Shown piece after piece: positions 36,528 to 45,778 of a stretch of DNA of 64,000 bases; the first letter of the stretch is position 1; the number at the start of each line of letters is the position of its first letter. The stretch is from the IMG/VR virus record IMGVR_UViG_3300027920_000904, one strand, 5' to 3'. Position numbers and translations under genes: made by a program. Origin of the DNA: a virus. The notes under the pieces were generated by a model. It saw only the letters and a program-made list of their open reading frames with translations, did no database searches and was not told where the DNA came from.

Positions 36528-37060
36528 TCTGCGGTCGCTGCGGGTCGCCGAACCTCTTCCAGTTCGAGTCCAGCAAGGGCGCGGTCGCGCCGGCGATGCT
36601 GCCGCTGGTCTGCCGCGGGTGTGGGCAGATCACGGTCAACGGCGAGCCGCTGGCGTTCCCGGCCGAGCTCGAGAAGCAGGCCCAGGACATGGCCGCGGCC
36701 GCGGCCGCGGCGGGAAAGGAGACCACCGACCAGGTCCTCGCCGATCCCGAACAGCGGATCGAGGTCTACTTCACCAACGTCTACCGTCGGGCCTACCTCG
36801 ACGGGTTCTTCCGCGCGCTGCTGTTCTGGCGGCACCACGGGAAGGAGGGGCGACTTCGTCGCGTGCGAGATCTGTGGCGCCAGCACGCGCCGCTCGCGCA
36901 CGTCGCGGAGTCCTCGACCATCGCCTTGAACATCCCGAAGGCGGCGTATGATGAACTTCGGCAGCTCCTCGAGCTCGGAGAACACCATGCCCCGCGTCCT
37001 GCGAACGAGCGTTCGTCCCTACCAGTCCGTCACTCACGAGTGTCGAGACGAGCGAGGTAA
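36524..37060 (+). CDS. hypothetical protein with N-terminal Zn ribbon
   Basis: CGRCGS...CRGCG; ATGA overlap. Confidence 0.7.
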   Translation: MICGRCGSPNLFQFESSKGAVAPAMLPLVCRGCGQITVNGEPLAFPAELEKQAQDMAAAAAAAGKETTDQVLADPEQRIEVYFTNVYRRAYLDGFFRALLFWRHHGKEGRLRRVRDLWRQHAPLAHVAESSTIALNIPKAAYDELRQLLELGEHHAPRPANERSSLPVRHSRVSRRAR

Positions 37061-37280
37061 CCGTGTGGAGCGCGCGGGGCGCTCCAACACGCTCTGCAAG
37101 TACTGCAAGACCTTCCTCGTCTACGTGTTCGACAACACCCCCGCTCAGCTGCCAACCGTCCGGAGATCCACATGGCCCAGATCGTCGTCCGCAAGTTCAC
37201 CTGTGACCGCTGCTCCAAGCAGTACAGCGAGACCGAGTCCGCCGGGAAGGACGATGCCCAGTCGGCCAAGCCGACGGTGA
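36987..37280 (+). CDS. hypothetical protein (overlaps both neighbours)
   Basis: GGAG SD; HEC..CKYC. Confidence 0.4.
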   Translation: MPRVLRTSVRPYQSVTHECRDERGNRVERAGRSNTLCKYCKTFLVYVFDNTPAQLPTVRRSTWPRSSSASSPVTAAPSSTARPSPPGRTMPSRPSRR

Positions 37281-37579
37281 TCTTCGTCCTCGAGTCGAGG
37301 ATCCCGAACGAGAAGGCGAAGGTGATGCCCGAGGTCGTTCGCTTCGAGGACCTCTGCCCCAAGTGCAGCGGCCGGGTGATCGACCTGGTGAACGCGATCC
37401 GTCTGGACAAGCCGGAGAGCGACAATCCCAAGCCGGACGGCCCCGCGGCCGAGCCGGCGCCGGCAACCGCGCCGGCGGCCGCGGATGCCACCGGGAAGGT
37501 GGACAAGACGGCCGAGAAGACCGACAACAAGAGCAAGGGCCCCCGCGCCGGCGGTTCGGCCGAGCCCACCACTCACTGA
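37172..37579 (+). CDS. Zn-binding, possibly Lsr2-like N-terminal domain with low-complexity tail
   Basis: MAQIVVRKFTCDRC...EDLCPKC; A/P/K-rich tail. Confidence 0.55.
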   Translation: MAQIVVRKFTCDRCSKQYSETESAGKDDAQSAKPTVIFVLESRIPNEKAKVMPEVVRFEDLCPKCSGRVIDLVNAIRLDKPESDNPKPDGPAAEPAPATAPAAADATGKVDKTAEKTDNKSKGPRAGGSAEPTTH

Positions 37580-37594
37580 CCTCGCGAGGAAGCC

Positions 37595-37750
37595 ATGGCC
37601 ACCGAAGACGAGACCGAGACCGAGAGCGACGAGACCGAGTCCGAACCCGAGTCGGAGTCGAGCGACGAGTCGTCCAGCGACGAGTCGGACGACGAGGACG
37701 AGGAGGAGGACGAGGGCGAGGACGACGACTCGGACGAGGGCGGCGAGTAG
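37595..37750 (+). CDS. 51-aa extremely acidic peptide (not in ORF track)
   Basis: GAGGAAG SD; MATEDETETESDETESEPESESSDESSSDESDDEDEEEDEGEDDDSDEGGE*; followed by a terminator. Confidence 0.75.
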   Translation: MATEDETETESDETESEPESESSDESSSDESDDEDEEEDEGEDDDSDEGGE

Positions 37751-37778
37751 CCACCAGCGTTCGAGCCGGCGCGCACGA

Positions 37779-37812
37779 GATGGGGCCCCGCGTGGGCCCC
37801 ATCGCCTTTTTT
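37779..37812 (+). terminator. Rho-independent terminator
   Basis: gatggggccc-cgcgt-gggccccatc stem then T6. Confidence 0.8.
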
Positions 37813-37821
37813 AGCCTGCGC

Positions 37822-37851
37822 TTGACATTCACACCGGGTGTGACTCAGTAT
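37822..37851 (+). promoter_or_regulatory. sigma70 promoter with spacer palindrome
   Basis: TTGACA-18-CAGTAT; tcacacc-g-ggtgtga at 37829-37843. Confidence 0.6.
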
Positions 37852-37859
37852 GAGCGGCG

Positions 37860-38174
37860 ATGGAAGACACGCTGCTCGGGGTTCCGGTAACGCGCGATCT
37901 GCCCTGTTCGCTGGACGATGGCGCGTTGAAGAAGGCAGCTGCCGAGAAGGAGGAGATCGAGAAGATCGGCCTCACCGTCACCGGCCTGCACATCTCCTCG
38001 CCCGATCGTCCGCTGCACTTCTTCGTGAAGTTCGCGCCGGGCAAGGGATCGTGGGAGGCGCGCGGGAAGCTCGAGGCCGCCGGCTACACGGTGCGCCAGA
38101 AGATGACCCCGACCGACCTGTGCTTCTACGTCACCAAGGCGGTGACCGAGGCGAAGAGCTGGGCAGCCGACTGA
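37860..38174 (+). CDS. hypothetical protein
   Basis: Codon bias; directly after promoter. Confidence 0.65.
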   Translation: MEDTLLGVPVTRDLPCSLDDGALKKAAAEKEEIEKIGLTVTGLHISSPDRPLHFFVKFAPGKGSWEARGKLEAAGYTVRQKMTPTDLCFYVTKAVTEAKSWAAD

Positions 38175-38190
38175 CCACAAGGAGAACCTG

Positions 38191-39078
38191 ATGCCGATCT
38201 CTGCAGCGGACTACAACAAGCGCGAGCTCGAGCAGGGGCGCCTGAGCTGGGAGCAGCTCGCCGTTCTGTGCGAGTACGCCAACGTCGCCCACCTGAAGGA
38301 CAACGTCCGCAAGGGCACGCTGACCTGGGTGCGCATCGCCGACGCGGTCCGCACCTTCCAGAAGAAGCGCGCGCTGAACGCCGACGGCATGGCGGGCGAG
38401 ACGACCAGGTCGCGCGTCAAGCTCCCGAACGACCCTCCGGCGACGTCGACGTCGGTGCCAGTCCTCTCGATCGAGGACTGCTTCAAGCCCTGGGACGGGC
38501 CGGCGGTGCGCCAACCGCGCAACCGCAAGGAGGTCATCGAGATGTTCGGCGACCCCGGCACGGTCGTCGAGAACAAGGGCTGGTCGAAGACCAACCTGGT
38601 CGAGTGCCACACCCGGCTCGGCAACCGCCTGCCCGGCGTGCCCGAGAAGTGGTGGGTCTCGGTCCACCGCGTCGTCGAGCCCTACCTCCGCGAGTTCTGC
38701 CGGCGCGTGCAGATCGCCGAACCGACCTTCCAGATCGAGGTCATCGGCTCGCACAACTGGAGGCCGATCCGCAACAAGATCGGGAACCCGCTGTCGCTCC
38801 ACAGCTGGGCGATCGCGTTCGACCTCACCCCGAAGATCAACCGCGGCGTCGACGTGCCCAAGGGCAAGGCGCCGCAGGCCTGGTCGCCGGAGTGGGACAA
38901 GCTGTTCCCGCCCGATCCGCGGCGCATCACTCGCAACGTCGTCCGCTGCGCGGCCGCGTGCGGCTTCGCCTGGGGCTCGGACTGGGACGAGGATGGCCTC
39001 ACCACCGACGAGACCTGGCTCGACACGATGCACTTCGAGTGGATCGCGCGCGGCGGGCGGATGGCGAACTGGGTATGA
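38191..39078 (+). CDS. M15-family Zn peptidase endolysin with N-terminal peptidoglycan-binding domain
   Basis: AVRTFQKKRALNADGMAG..T; R...SLHSWAIAFD; DTMHFE. Confidence 0.85.
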   Translation: MPISAADYNKRELEQGRLSWEQLAVLCEYANVAHLKDNVRKGTLTWVRIADAVRTFQKKRALNADGMAGETTRSRVKLPNDPPATSTSVPVLSIEDCFKPWDGPAVRQPRNRKEVIEMFGDPGTVVENKGWSKTNLVECHTRLGNRLPGVPEKWWVSVHRVVEPYLREFCRRVQIAEPTFQIEVIGSHNWRPIRNKIGNPLSLHSWAIAFDLTPKINRGVDVPKGKAPQAWSPEWDKLFPPDPRRITRNVVRCAAACGFAWGSDWDEDGLTTDETWLDTMHFEWIARGGRMANWV

Positions 39079-39257
39079 GCCGGCCGCGCGGCAAGGTCGC
39101 CGGCGGCTACGTGCGCCGGACGATCAGCATCCCCAAGCGCCTGGACGACGATCTCGAGGCCCACCTCAAGAGCCGGGAGGGGGCGACGCTCTCGGCCGTC
39201 CTGACCGTCGCCACCGAGGACTTCCTCCGGGCTCAGAAGCCCAAGAAGGATCGCTGA
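39075..39257 (+). CDS. ribbon-helix-helix protein
   Basis: VRRTISIPKRLDDDL...TLSAVL..ATEDFL. Confidence 0.65.
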   Translation: MSRPRGKVAGGYVRRTISIPKRLDDDLEAHLKSREGATLSAVLTVATEDFLRAQKPKKDR

Positions 39258-39670
39258 TGCCGCTCTACGACTACGAGTGCCCCCACCACCACCGCTTCGA
39301 GCACTTCACGTCGATCGCCGATCGGGAGAACCCGATCCCGTGCGAGGGCACGGTCAACCAACTCGTCATGGATGACCAGGTCGTGGCCAAGTACGCCGAC
39401 GGCACGGAGCCGCTCCCGGACGATCTCGCCTGGCAGGAGCTGCCGGTGATCGACGAGGCGACCGGCCAGGAGACCGAGACGGGCAAGATCCTCGTTCGCA
39501 AGGTGCCCTGCCAGCTGCAGGCGCGGCTGATCATCGGGCAGCACAACAACCCCGGCGGCGCGATCTTCCACAACGCCGCCGCCAACAGGGACGCAGCGCG
39601 CGAAGGGCGCTACGACCCGGCGAACCCCAGCCGGCGGTTCGTCACGAAAGGACGCGGATGGCGCAAGTAG
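39257..39670 (+). CDS. FmdB-like Zn-ribbon protein with insertion
   Basis: MPLYDYECPHHHRFE..SIADR..PC. Confidence 0.65.
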   Translation: MPLYDYECPHHHRFEHFTSIADRENPIPCEGTVNQLVMDDQVVAKYADGTEPLPDDLAWQELPVIDEATGQETETGKILVRKVPCQLQARLIIGQHNNPGGAIFHNAAANRDAAREGRYDPANPSRRFVTKGRGWRK

Positions 39671-39861
39671 ACGAAGGCATTGTTCTTCCTCTCCCCGAGG
39701 TCACCCCGCGCGTGCGCGAGGACGGCCACGCTGTCGTAGAGCTGGTGCAGGATGGTGAGCTCGTGGGGGAGATCGACTTCACCAAGATCATGACCAAGCT
39801 CGCGCAGGGCCTGGGGCTCATCCCCAAGCCCAAGCCGGCCGAGCTGAAGTCGGTGCCCTGA
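39658..39861 (+). CDS. hypothetical protein
   Basis: AAGGA SD. Confidence 0.55.
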   Translation: MAQVDEGIVLPLPEVTPRVREDGHAVVELVQDGELVGEIDFTKIMTKLAQGLGLIPKPKPAELKSVP

Positions 39862-40049
39862 TGACGATGGAGAAGTACGGCGTCGCCGATCCCAAGGCCC
39901 TCCAGCGCACCGAGCTCATCGGGGTGCGGAGGCGGCTGGGGGAACTGCGGCGCGCCAGCTCCGAGCTCGAGAAGTCCGCGGCCGCCGGCGAGATCGCTCG
40001 CCTGCAGGCCCGCGAGACCGAGCTCGTGAGGGCCATCGCCGACCAGTAG
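39861..40049 (+). CDS. small coiled-coil protein
   Basis: TGATG coupling; MEKYGV. Confidence 0.55.
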   Translation: MTMEKYGVADPKALQRTELIGVRRRLGELRRASSELEKSAAAGEIARLQARETELVRAIADQ

Positions 40050-40150
40050 GACGGCGCCGGCACAAGCCTCTGGAACCACCACCCGCGCTGCACAATGCCG
40101 CGGGGTGGTCCGTCACCGCCGAGCAGAGCTCGGCAACGGAAGGAAAGACC

Positions 40151-41326
40151 GTGGCGAACAACGAGACCGAGAACAAGAACGACGACCTGGACATGGGCGA
40201 CCTGTCCTTCGCTGACGACATCCGTGTCGCCGGCGACACCCAGATCAGCTGGGTGAAGGCCCTGGGCTACGGCGTGTCGGGTGGCGGCAAGAGCTCCGTG
40301 CTCGCCACCATGCCGGAGCCGCTGATGATCCTGCTCACGGAGAAGCAGGGGGAGATGTCGATCCGGCGGGTGAACCCCCGCGCGCGCATCGTCTACATCG
40401 AGGAGAAGATGGTGTGCCGGTGCCACCAGACGAACCCGGACAAGTGCCCGGATGGGGCGCGGAAGGGCACGGAGAAGCTCTCCGCGAAGGAGGTCCTCTA
40501 CGGGATCATCGACGAGCTGGCCACCAAGAAGCACAGCTTCGTCTCGGTGGGGCTCGATTCGCTGACCGACCTGCAGAAGATCCTGCTGTCGCACATGAAG
40601 GGGGGCAAGGCCGGCGCGAAGATCTCGCTGCCCGAGTGGGGCACGCTGGTCGACGAGACGCGCGACATCGTCATCAAGCTCCGCAACCTCAACATGCACG
40701 TCGGCGTCGTCTGCCTCTCCGACGAGAAGCAGGACAACAACAACCGGATGATGCACAGGCCCGCGCTGGCCGGCAAGAAGCTGCCGGGCGACGTCGTCCA
40801 GTACTTCAACCTGTGCTTCTTCCAGCGCAAGATGCGCGATCCGAACGCCGTCGGCGGTGCGACCTACGAGTCCGTGTTCGACGCCGGCGACGAGTACTAC
40901 ACCAAGACCCACCCGGCGCTGGCGCCGGTCGAGGCGCCACTCTTCCGTGGCTGGGTCGACAAGATCGCGGCCCACGCTGAGGCCAACAAGGAGGGCCAGA
41001 TGCCGTCGGCCAGCACGCCCGTGTCGACGCCGGCGTCGCGCCAGACCAACCAGCGCAAGAGCAAGGAGGCGCTGCTGAAGGAGCGCATCGAGAAGCCCGA
41101 GATCAAGGCCCTCTTCGACAAGCTCGATTCGCCGGAGGCCAAGCGCCTGGCCGGTGCCGAGAAGTACCAGTCGGACGAGAAGCTGATCGACGTCCTCAAG
41201 AAGAGGATCGTCGAGGCGGAGGCGCTGAAGGAGGAGGAGCGGCGCAAGAAGGCGCGCGAGGGCAAGGAGGATCCCGCGGCCGAGCCGGCGCCGGCGGCTG
41301 AGGCCCCGGCCGGAGGTGCGGCGTGA
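40151..41326 (+). CDS. Sak4/AAA_24-like P-loop recombination ATPase
   Basis: YGVSGGGKSS, LLTEKQG, VGLDSLTDL, EWG, PALAGK. Confidence 0.75.
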   Translation: MANNETENKNDDLDMGDLSFADDIRVAGDTQISWVKALGYGVSGGGKSSVLATMPEPLMILLTEKQGEMSIRRVNPRARIVYIEEKMVCRCHQTNPDKCPDGARKGTEKLSAKEVLYGIIDELATKKHSFVSVGLDSLTDLQKILLSHMKGGKAGAKISLPEWGTLVDETRDIVIKLRNLNMHVGVVCLSDEKQDNNNRMMHRPALAGKKLPGDVVQYFNLCFFQRKMRDPNAVGGATYESVFDAGDEYYTKTHPALAPVEAPLFRGWVDKIAAHAEANKEGQMPSASTPVSTPASRQTNQRKSKEALLKERIEKPEIKALFDKLDSPEAKRLAGAEKYQSDEKLIDVLKKRIVEAEALKEEERRKKAREGKEDPAAEPAPAAEAPAGGAA

Positions 41327-42489
41327 AGCGGCTGACGATCAACGGCAAGGAGCTCAAGGTCCAGATCTCGCCGACGTTCCTCCAGAACTCGGCCTGCCCG
41401 CTCTACCTCAAGCTCCACTACGTCGACCGCGTCGACGAGCGCTTCGTGCGCATCGCGGCCGAGCGCGGCAAGGCGGCGCACGCCGCGATCGCCGAGCTGG
41501 TCAAGTACTGCATGGACAACAAGATCGCCGTGCAGGACCTCGAGGACGAGATGCTCCGTGAGGCGCTGCAGCGCAACCTCTCGCCGCAGATCATGACGGA
41601 GATCTCCGAGGTCTACTCGTGGCTCCGGCTGTGGCGCGAGCGCTTCAAGCTCCCCAAGAACATCCACGGCGTGGAGGAGCGGGTCGCGATCGACGACGAG
41701 TTCGACGAGTGCGACTGGAAGGCGGCGAGCTACCGCGGCATCGTCGATCTGCAGCAGGTCTCGGGGACCCACGCGATCGTGACGGACTGGAAGAGCCAGC
41801 CGCACATCCTCGCCCAGGGCGAGCTCGACGTCTTCGAGCAGGGGACCTTCTACTGCTGGCTGATGTGGAAGATGTACCCGCACCTGGAGACCTTCACCTT
41901 CCGGCTCTGGTACCTGCGCTACGGCTTCTACGCCGAGACGCACCGCACCCAGGAGGACCTGGCCGCGTTCGAGAACGCGCTGATCATCCGCGAGAACGTC
42001 CTGATGCAGCTCGACAACTGGGAGCCGCTCCCGGGTGCCCACTGCCAGTACTGCGACTTCATCCACATGTGCCCGATCGCTCAGGACCTGAGCCCGAGCA
42101 GCTCGGAGATCATCACCCAGGAGCAGGCCACGCTCGCCGGCCAGCAGCTCACCGTCCTCGAGGTGAAGGTGAAGGCGCTCAAGGACGGGCTGAAGAAGTA
42201 CGTCAACGCCAACGACAACGTCCGGCTCGGCGACAAGTTCGAGTGGGGCTACAAGCACTCGCAGGGCCTCGAGTGGAAGGCCGACGAGGTGGAGAACGTC
42301 CTGCGTGAGCACGACCGCGATCTCTCCGAGGTCGCCAACGTGGGCGTGAAGCAGATGAAGAAGCTGATCAAGTCGCTGGCGACGGAGAACCCGGCGCTGG
42401 CGCAGGCCCTCGAGGACCTGGCCAAGCCGAAGCACAAGACCGAGTTCAAGGGCTTCAGGGCCGGGGCGGGTGACTCGGACGACGAGTAG
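41323..42489 (+). CDS. PD-(D/E)XK exonuclease, Cas4/AddB-like with Fe-S cysteines
   Basis: N-terminal CP, G.AAH, GIVDL, VTDWKS, Q..FY, HCQYCDF..MCP. Confidence 0.85.
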   Translation: MKRLTINGKELKVQISPTFLQNSACPLYLKLHYVDRVDERFVRIAAERGKAAHAAIAELVKYCMDNKIAVQDLEDEMLREALQRNLSPQIMTEISEVYSWLRLWRERFKLPKNIHGVEERVAIDDEFDECDWKAASYRGIVDLQQVSGTHAIVTDWKSQPHILAQGELDVFEQGTFYCWLMWKMYPHLETFTFRLWYLRYGFYAETHRTQEDLAAFENALIIRENVLMQLDNWEPLPGAHCQYCDFIHMCPIAQDLSPSSSEIITQEQATLAGQQLTVLEVKVKALKDGLKKYVNANDNVRLGDKFEWGYKHSQGLEWKADEVENVLREHDRDLSEVANVGVKQMKKLIKSLATENPALAQALEDLAKPKHKTEFKGFRAGAGDSDDE

Positions 42490-42498
42490 TCGTAGACT
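42470..42498 (+). promoter_or_regulatory. sigma70-like leaderless promoter
   Basis: GTGACT-17-TAGACT, ATG 6 nt downstream. Confidence 0.45.
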
Positions 42499-42504
42499 CG
42501 GATC

Positions 42505-42960
42505 ATGCCCACCCGCAGAGAGCAGCTGTTCAGCGCCAAGAAGACGTCGCCGGTGTCCAACGTGATCCCGGCGACGGTGCGGTTCAAGATCGACAAGAAG
42601 AAGGGGCGCCTCGAGCCGTTGCCGCCGGAGCAGAAGATGCTCTGTGCGCTGCGCAAGGTGCTGTCGTCGATGTCCGGCCGCGAGGAGCGGTGGTGCATCA
42701 TGGGTAACAAGGTGGAGCTCACCTCGGCCCCGAGCACGACCGAGGGCAAGCCGGGTGGGCCACAGAGCTACCGCGCGGCGGGGCGCTGCAAGGTCGCGGT
42801 GATGCGCGGGGACGGGATGGTCACGAAGTTCATCCAGTTCTCGATCAGCTACCGCGACACGCAGGACAGCATGGGCATCGCCGACGTCGAGTACTTCGAC
42901 CCGACGACCATCGACGAGATCAAGCGCAGTTCGCCGACGAACCTGTCCGCGCTGGCGTAG
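42505..42960 (+). CDS. hypothetical protein
   Basis: Codon bias; followed by terminator. Confidence 0.7.
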   Translation: MPTRREQLFSAKKTSPVSNVIPATVRFKIDKKKGRLEPLPPEQKMLCALRKVLSSMSGREERWCIMGNKVELTSAPSTTEGKPGGPQSYRAAGRCKVAVMRGDGMVTKFIQFSISYRDTQDSMGIADVEYFDPTTIDEIKRSSPTNLSALA

Positions 42961-42984
42961 TCCCCCCGGAGCGCCTTGCGTGGG

Positions 42985-43024
42985 GCGGGAGCCTCCTCGA
43001 CATCGAGGAGGCTTTCGCTTTTTT
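42985..43024 (+). terminator. Rho-independent terminator
   Basis: agcctcctcga-ca-tcgaggaggct stem then T tract. Confidence 0.8.
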
Positions 43025-43055
43025 AGGGCACAAGGGCGATGGAGAGGACGTGCGT

Positions 43056-44474
43056 ATGGACCACAAGAACGTCGAGCTCGTGCAGGTCGCGGGCGAGATC
43101 GCCCTGCCTTCGCGGCCGCGGCCGCGGTTCTACCTGACGTCGGCGGAGGCGATCCCTCATCGCCCGGTCGAAGTCGTGACCGATGAGGAACGGAGGTACG
43201 AAGAACAGCTCGAACCGAAGGCTGAGCTTCCCGAGGACTTCTTCAAGGCGCCACGCGTCGATCCACCGGTCGCGCCCGGGTTCGAGGTGAACCTCGAGAC
43301 GCTCCTCGGCTTCCTTGAGGCGATGGGACAGATCCTTCCACCCAAGTCGAGCTACCCCATCCTGTCGAGCGTGAAGGTGTGGCGCCCGCCGACGGAGGAG
43401 GCTGGGCCCGGGACGCTCTACCTCGAGGGCGGGAGCCACTCGGTCTGGACGCTGGTGGCGATCAGGGGCCATGCGATGGTCGAGAAGGGCTTCACGGCGA
43501 TGCTGCCGGTCCGTCGCGCGACCAACGTGCTCAAGGTGCTGCGAGACGACTGCCCGAAGGTCGTCCTCGGCGTCGACGACCACGGGGTCGGCATCGGCCC
43601 CTACACGGTCCCCTTCGGCGGCGACATCGACGACTTCCCCGCCCGGCCCACGCCGATGGAGTGGATCGCGCGCGCGGCGATGCCGGCAGCGTACTTCAAG
43701 GAGGTCTGCGATCGCCTGCTGCTGGTGCGCAACGAGGCCTTCTCCGATGCCGCGCTGCACGGGGTGCTGTTCGACTTCGAGTTCGCGGAGCTCGACGGCC
43801 GCCAGGCGCCGACCTGTACCGTCGTCGCATCGGACGGTCGACGGATCCACATCCTGCGCCTGCCCCAGATGATGCTCGACGTGAAGCAGGTGCGGCTGCG
43901 CGCGTTGCCGCCGACATGCACCGTCTCGGCCGGGTTCTTCACCTACATGAAGGAGATCATCCAGCACGAGTGGGCGGCCCTCGAGTTCAGCGGCGACCAG
44001 CTCGTCGCGCGCGGCGAGGACTTCATGGTGATCGCTCACGCTCCGGCCGAGAGCAAGTCGTCCAGCGTGCTCGCCGGGTGGCGGCGCTTCGACCGAGACT
44101 GGGACGGCTACTGGCTGGCGTCGAAGGAGAAGCTCGACCAGGTCCTGCTCTACGCGATGCTCGGCGGCACCGCGGAGACCTGCCGGCTGCAGGTGAACAT
44201 CGCCCAGCAGACCATCACCGTGTCGTCGGAGAACGACGCCGGCGACCGCTACAAGGAGGCCATCTCGGCCCGAACCTTCAGCGGCGCCCCCGTCGTCGAC
44301 ACGATGTTCAACATCCGCTACCTGCGCGACGCGGTGGCAGCCACGCGAGGAGGCCTGGTTCGACTGGCGTTCGATCGCGACACCAAGACCCAGGAGGCAT
44401 CGCCTCTCGTCGTTCGCGGCGAGGACGATCAGTTCAAGGCCATCATCATGCCCGTGACCGAAGGAGAGCCATGA
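43056..44474 (+). CDS. dnaN: DNA polymerase III beta-clamp homologue with N-terminal extension
   Basis: PILSSVK, DDFP, ALHGVLF, VASDGRR, FNIRYLRDAV and terminal IIMPV match DnaN landmarks in order. Confidence 0.82.
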   Translation: MDHKNVELVQVAGEIALPSRPRPRFYLTSAEAIPHRPVEVVTDEERRYEEQLEPKAELPEDFFKAPRVDPPVAPGFEVNLETLLGFLEAMGQILPPKSSYPILSSVKVWRPPTEEAGPGTLYLEGGSHSVWTLVAIRGHAMVEKGFTAMLPVRRATNVLKVLRDDCPKVVLGVDDHGVGIGPYTVPFGGDIDDFPARPTPMEWIARAAMPAAYFKEVCDRLLLVRNEAFSDAALHGVLFDFEFAELDGRQAPTCTVVASDGRRIHILRLPQMMLDVKQVRLRALPPTCTVSAGFFTYMKEIIQHEWAALEFSGDQLVARGEDFMVIAHAPAESKSSSVLAGWRRFDRDWDGYWLASKEKLDQVLLYAMLGGTAETCRLQVNIAQQTITVSSENDAGDRYKEAISARTFSGAPVVDTMFNIRYLRDAVAATRGGLVRLAFDRDTKTQEASPLVVRGEDDQFKAIIMPVTEGEP

Positions 44475-44947
44475 CCACCAACGAGAAGTGCCCCGTCTGT
44501 GACGGGGCGACGAACCGAGTCGAGGTCCCCAAGCAGCACATCCGCGTCTGCGCCGACTGCGGCCAGATCGTCCAGGTCCTGCCGGACGGATCCCTCTCGC
44601 CGCTCTCGAGCATGCTCGAGCGCAACGCCCTGGGCGACGATCGGGTGCGGGCGGCGATCACGGCCCCGCACGTCACGACGGTTCGCTCGTTCATGGAGAT
44701 CTACGAGCAGGCGTCGCGGACCTTCAACCTCACGATGGCGCAGGCGGTCGGCGAGCTCCGCCCCGTCCTCGTCCAGATCGAGAACCGGATCGACGCAGCT
44801 CTCTCGGTCTTCAGCGGCTTCGACCTGATCGACGACCGCGCCGGCGAGGCGCTGGCCGCGCTGCGCGAGGCGCGCGAACTCGCGTCGACCGGGGCCGCGC
44901 GGACCCGCGGCGTCCTGCTGGAGAGGGGCAGTGCTGAGTCTGCGTGA
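44471..44947 (+). CDS. hypothetical protein with N-terminal Zn ribbon
   Basis: CPVC...CADCG; AGGAG SD. Confidence 0.65.
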   Translation: MTTNEKCPVCDGATNRVEVPKQHIRVCADCGQIVQVLPDGSLSPLSSMLERNALGDDRVRAAITAPHVTTVRSFMEIYEQASRTFNLTMAQAVGELRPVLVQIENRIDAALSVFSGFDLIDDRAGEALAALREARELASTGAARTRGVLLERGSAESA

Positions 44948-45584
44948 GATCGGTCATCCGGCGGACTGTGCGCACTGCGCGCACCTCCGATCGCTGACCA
45001 GGCAGCGCTTGGCGCTCGAGCAGCCCCGGACCGTCGCGGTGCAGACCTGGTGTCGCATCTGCGGGTTGCCCGTGCTGCTCGGCGACATCGCGCTCGACTA
45101 CGAGTACGCGCTCCGCAACTTCTACATCCTCGACGACCAGCCGATGAACCACAAGACGGTCCACGCGGAGCGTGGTGGATGGGGGGTGCACTGGCGACTC
45201 GACGAGGTGCTCACCACGGTCTTCCCCAACCAGCACACCTCCGTGTGCTGGCCGACACAGCCCTGGTACGAGCACAGCGAGGCAGAGGATCAGGCGGTCC
45301 TCGTCATCGATACCCGAGACGTCCAGTCGGTGGAGCGCGTCGTCGACATGGAGCTGATGATGCTCCGGAACATGATCAACAACGCACGGCGCTCGCGAGT
45401 CGAGCTCCTGCAGATGAGCGATCCTGTTCTCGACACGAAGGAGTTCTCGGAGCTCTACGAGCTGGTCGGTGTTCGAGCGCCGTTCGCGATCGTGCGAGTG
45501 AAGGCGACGGGGAAGATCGGATCCATGCTGTTCCAGAACGACCCGCGCTACTACTTCTCCTTCTCGCCGGATCGAGTGATATGA
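44931..45584 (+). CDS. hypothetical protein
   Basis: CAHC, CRIC; codon bias. Confidence 0.6.
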   Translation: MLSLREIGHPADCAHCAHLRSLTRQRLALEQPRTVAVQTWCRICGLPVLLGDIALDYEYALRNFYILDDQPMNHKTVHAERGGWGVHWRLDEVLTTVFPNQHTSVCWPTQPWYEHSEAEDQAVLVIDTRDVQSVERVVDMELMMLRNMINNARRSRVELLQMSDPVLDTKEFSELYELVGVRAPFAIVRVKATGKIGSMLFQNDPRYYFSFSPDRVI

Positions 45585-45778
45585 CTCGGTGCGTGCTCTG
45601 TTCCGAGGAGATCGAACCCGGGACACCTGCTGTCTCGATTGCCGGGGGGCTGTTCCCCAGAGAGGAACCCGACCTGTTCATGATCGACGAGCAGGTGCTG
45701 CGTGAGAGCCACGCGCACCTCGACTGCCTGCTGGCGTCGGTGCGTGCCGTCGCCCGTCAACCCCCTGGAGGATCCTGA
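45581..45778 (+). CDS. small Zn-binding protein
   Basis: CVLC...HLDC; ATGA overlap. Confidence 0.55.
   Translation: MTRCVLCSEEIEPGTPAVSIAGGLFPREEPDLFMIDEQVLRESHAHLDCLLASVRAVARQPPGGS

Noticed and set aside
41323..42489. CRISPR-Cas locus suggested by the Cas4-like nuclease
   Set aside because: No repeat-spacer array or other cas genes seen; the context is a Sak4 recombination module
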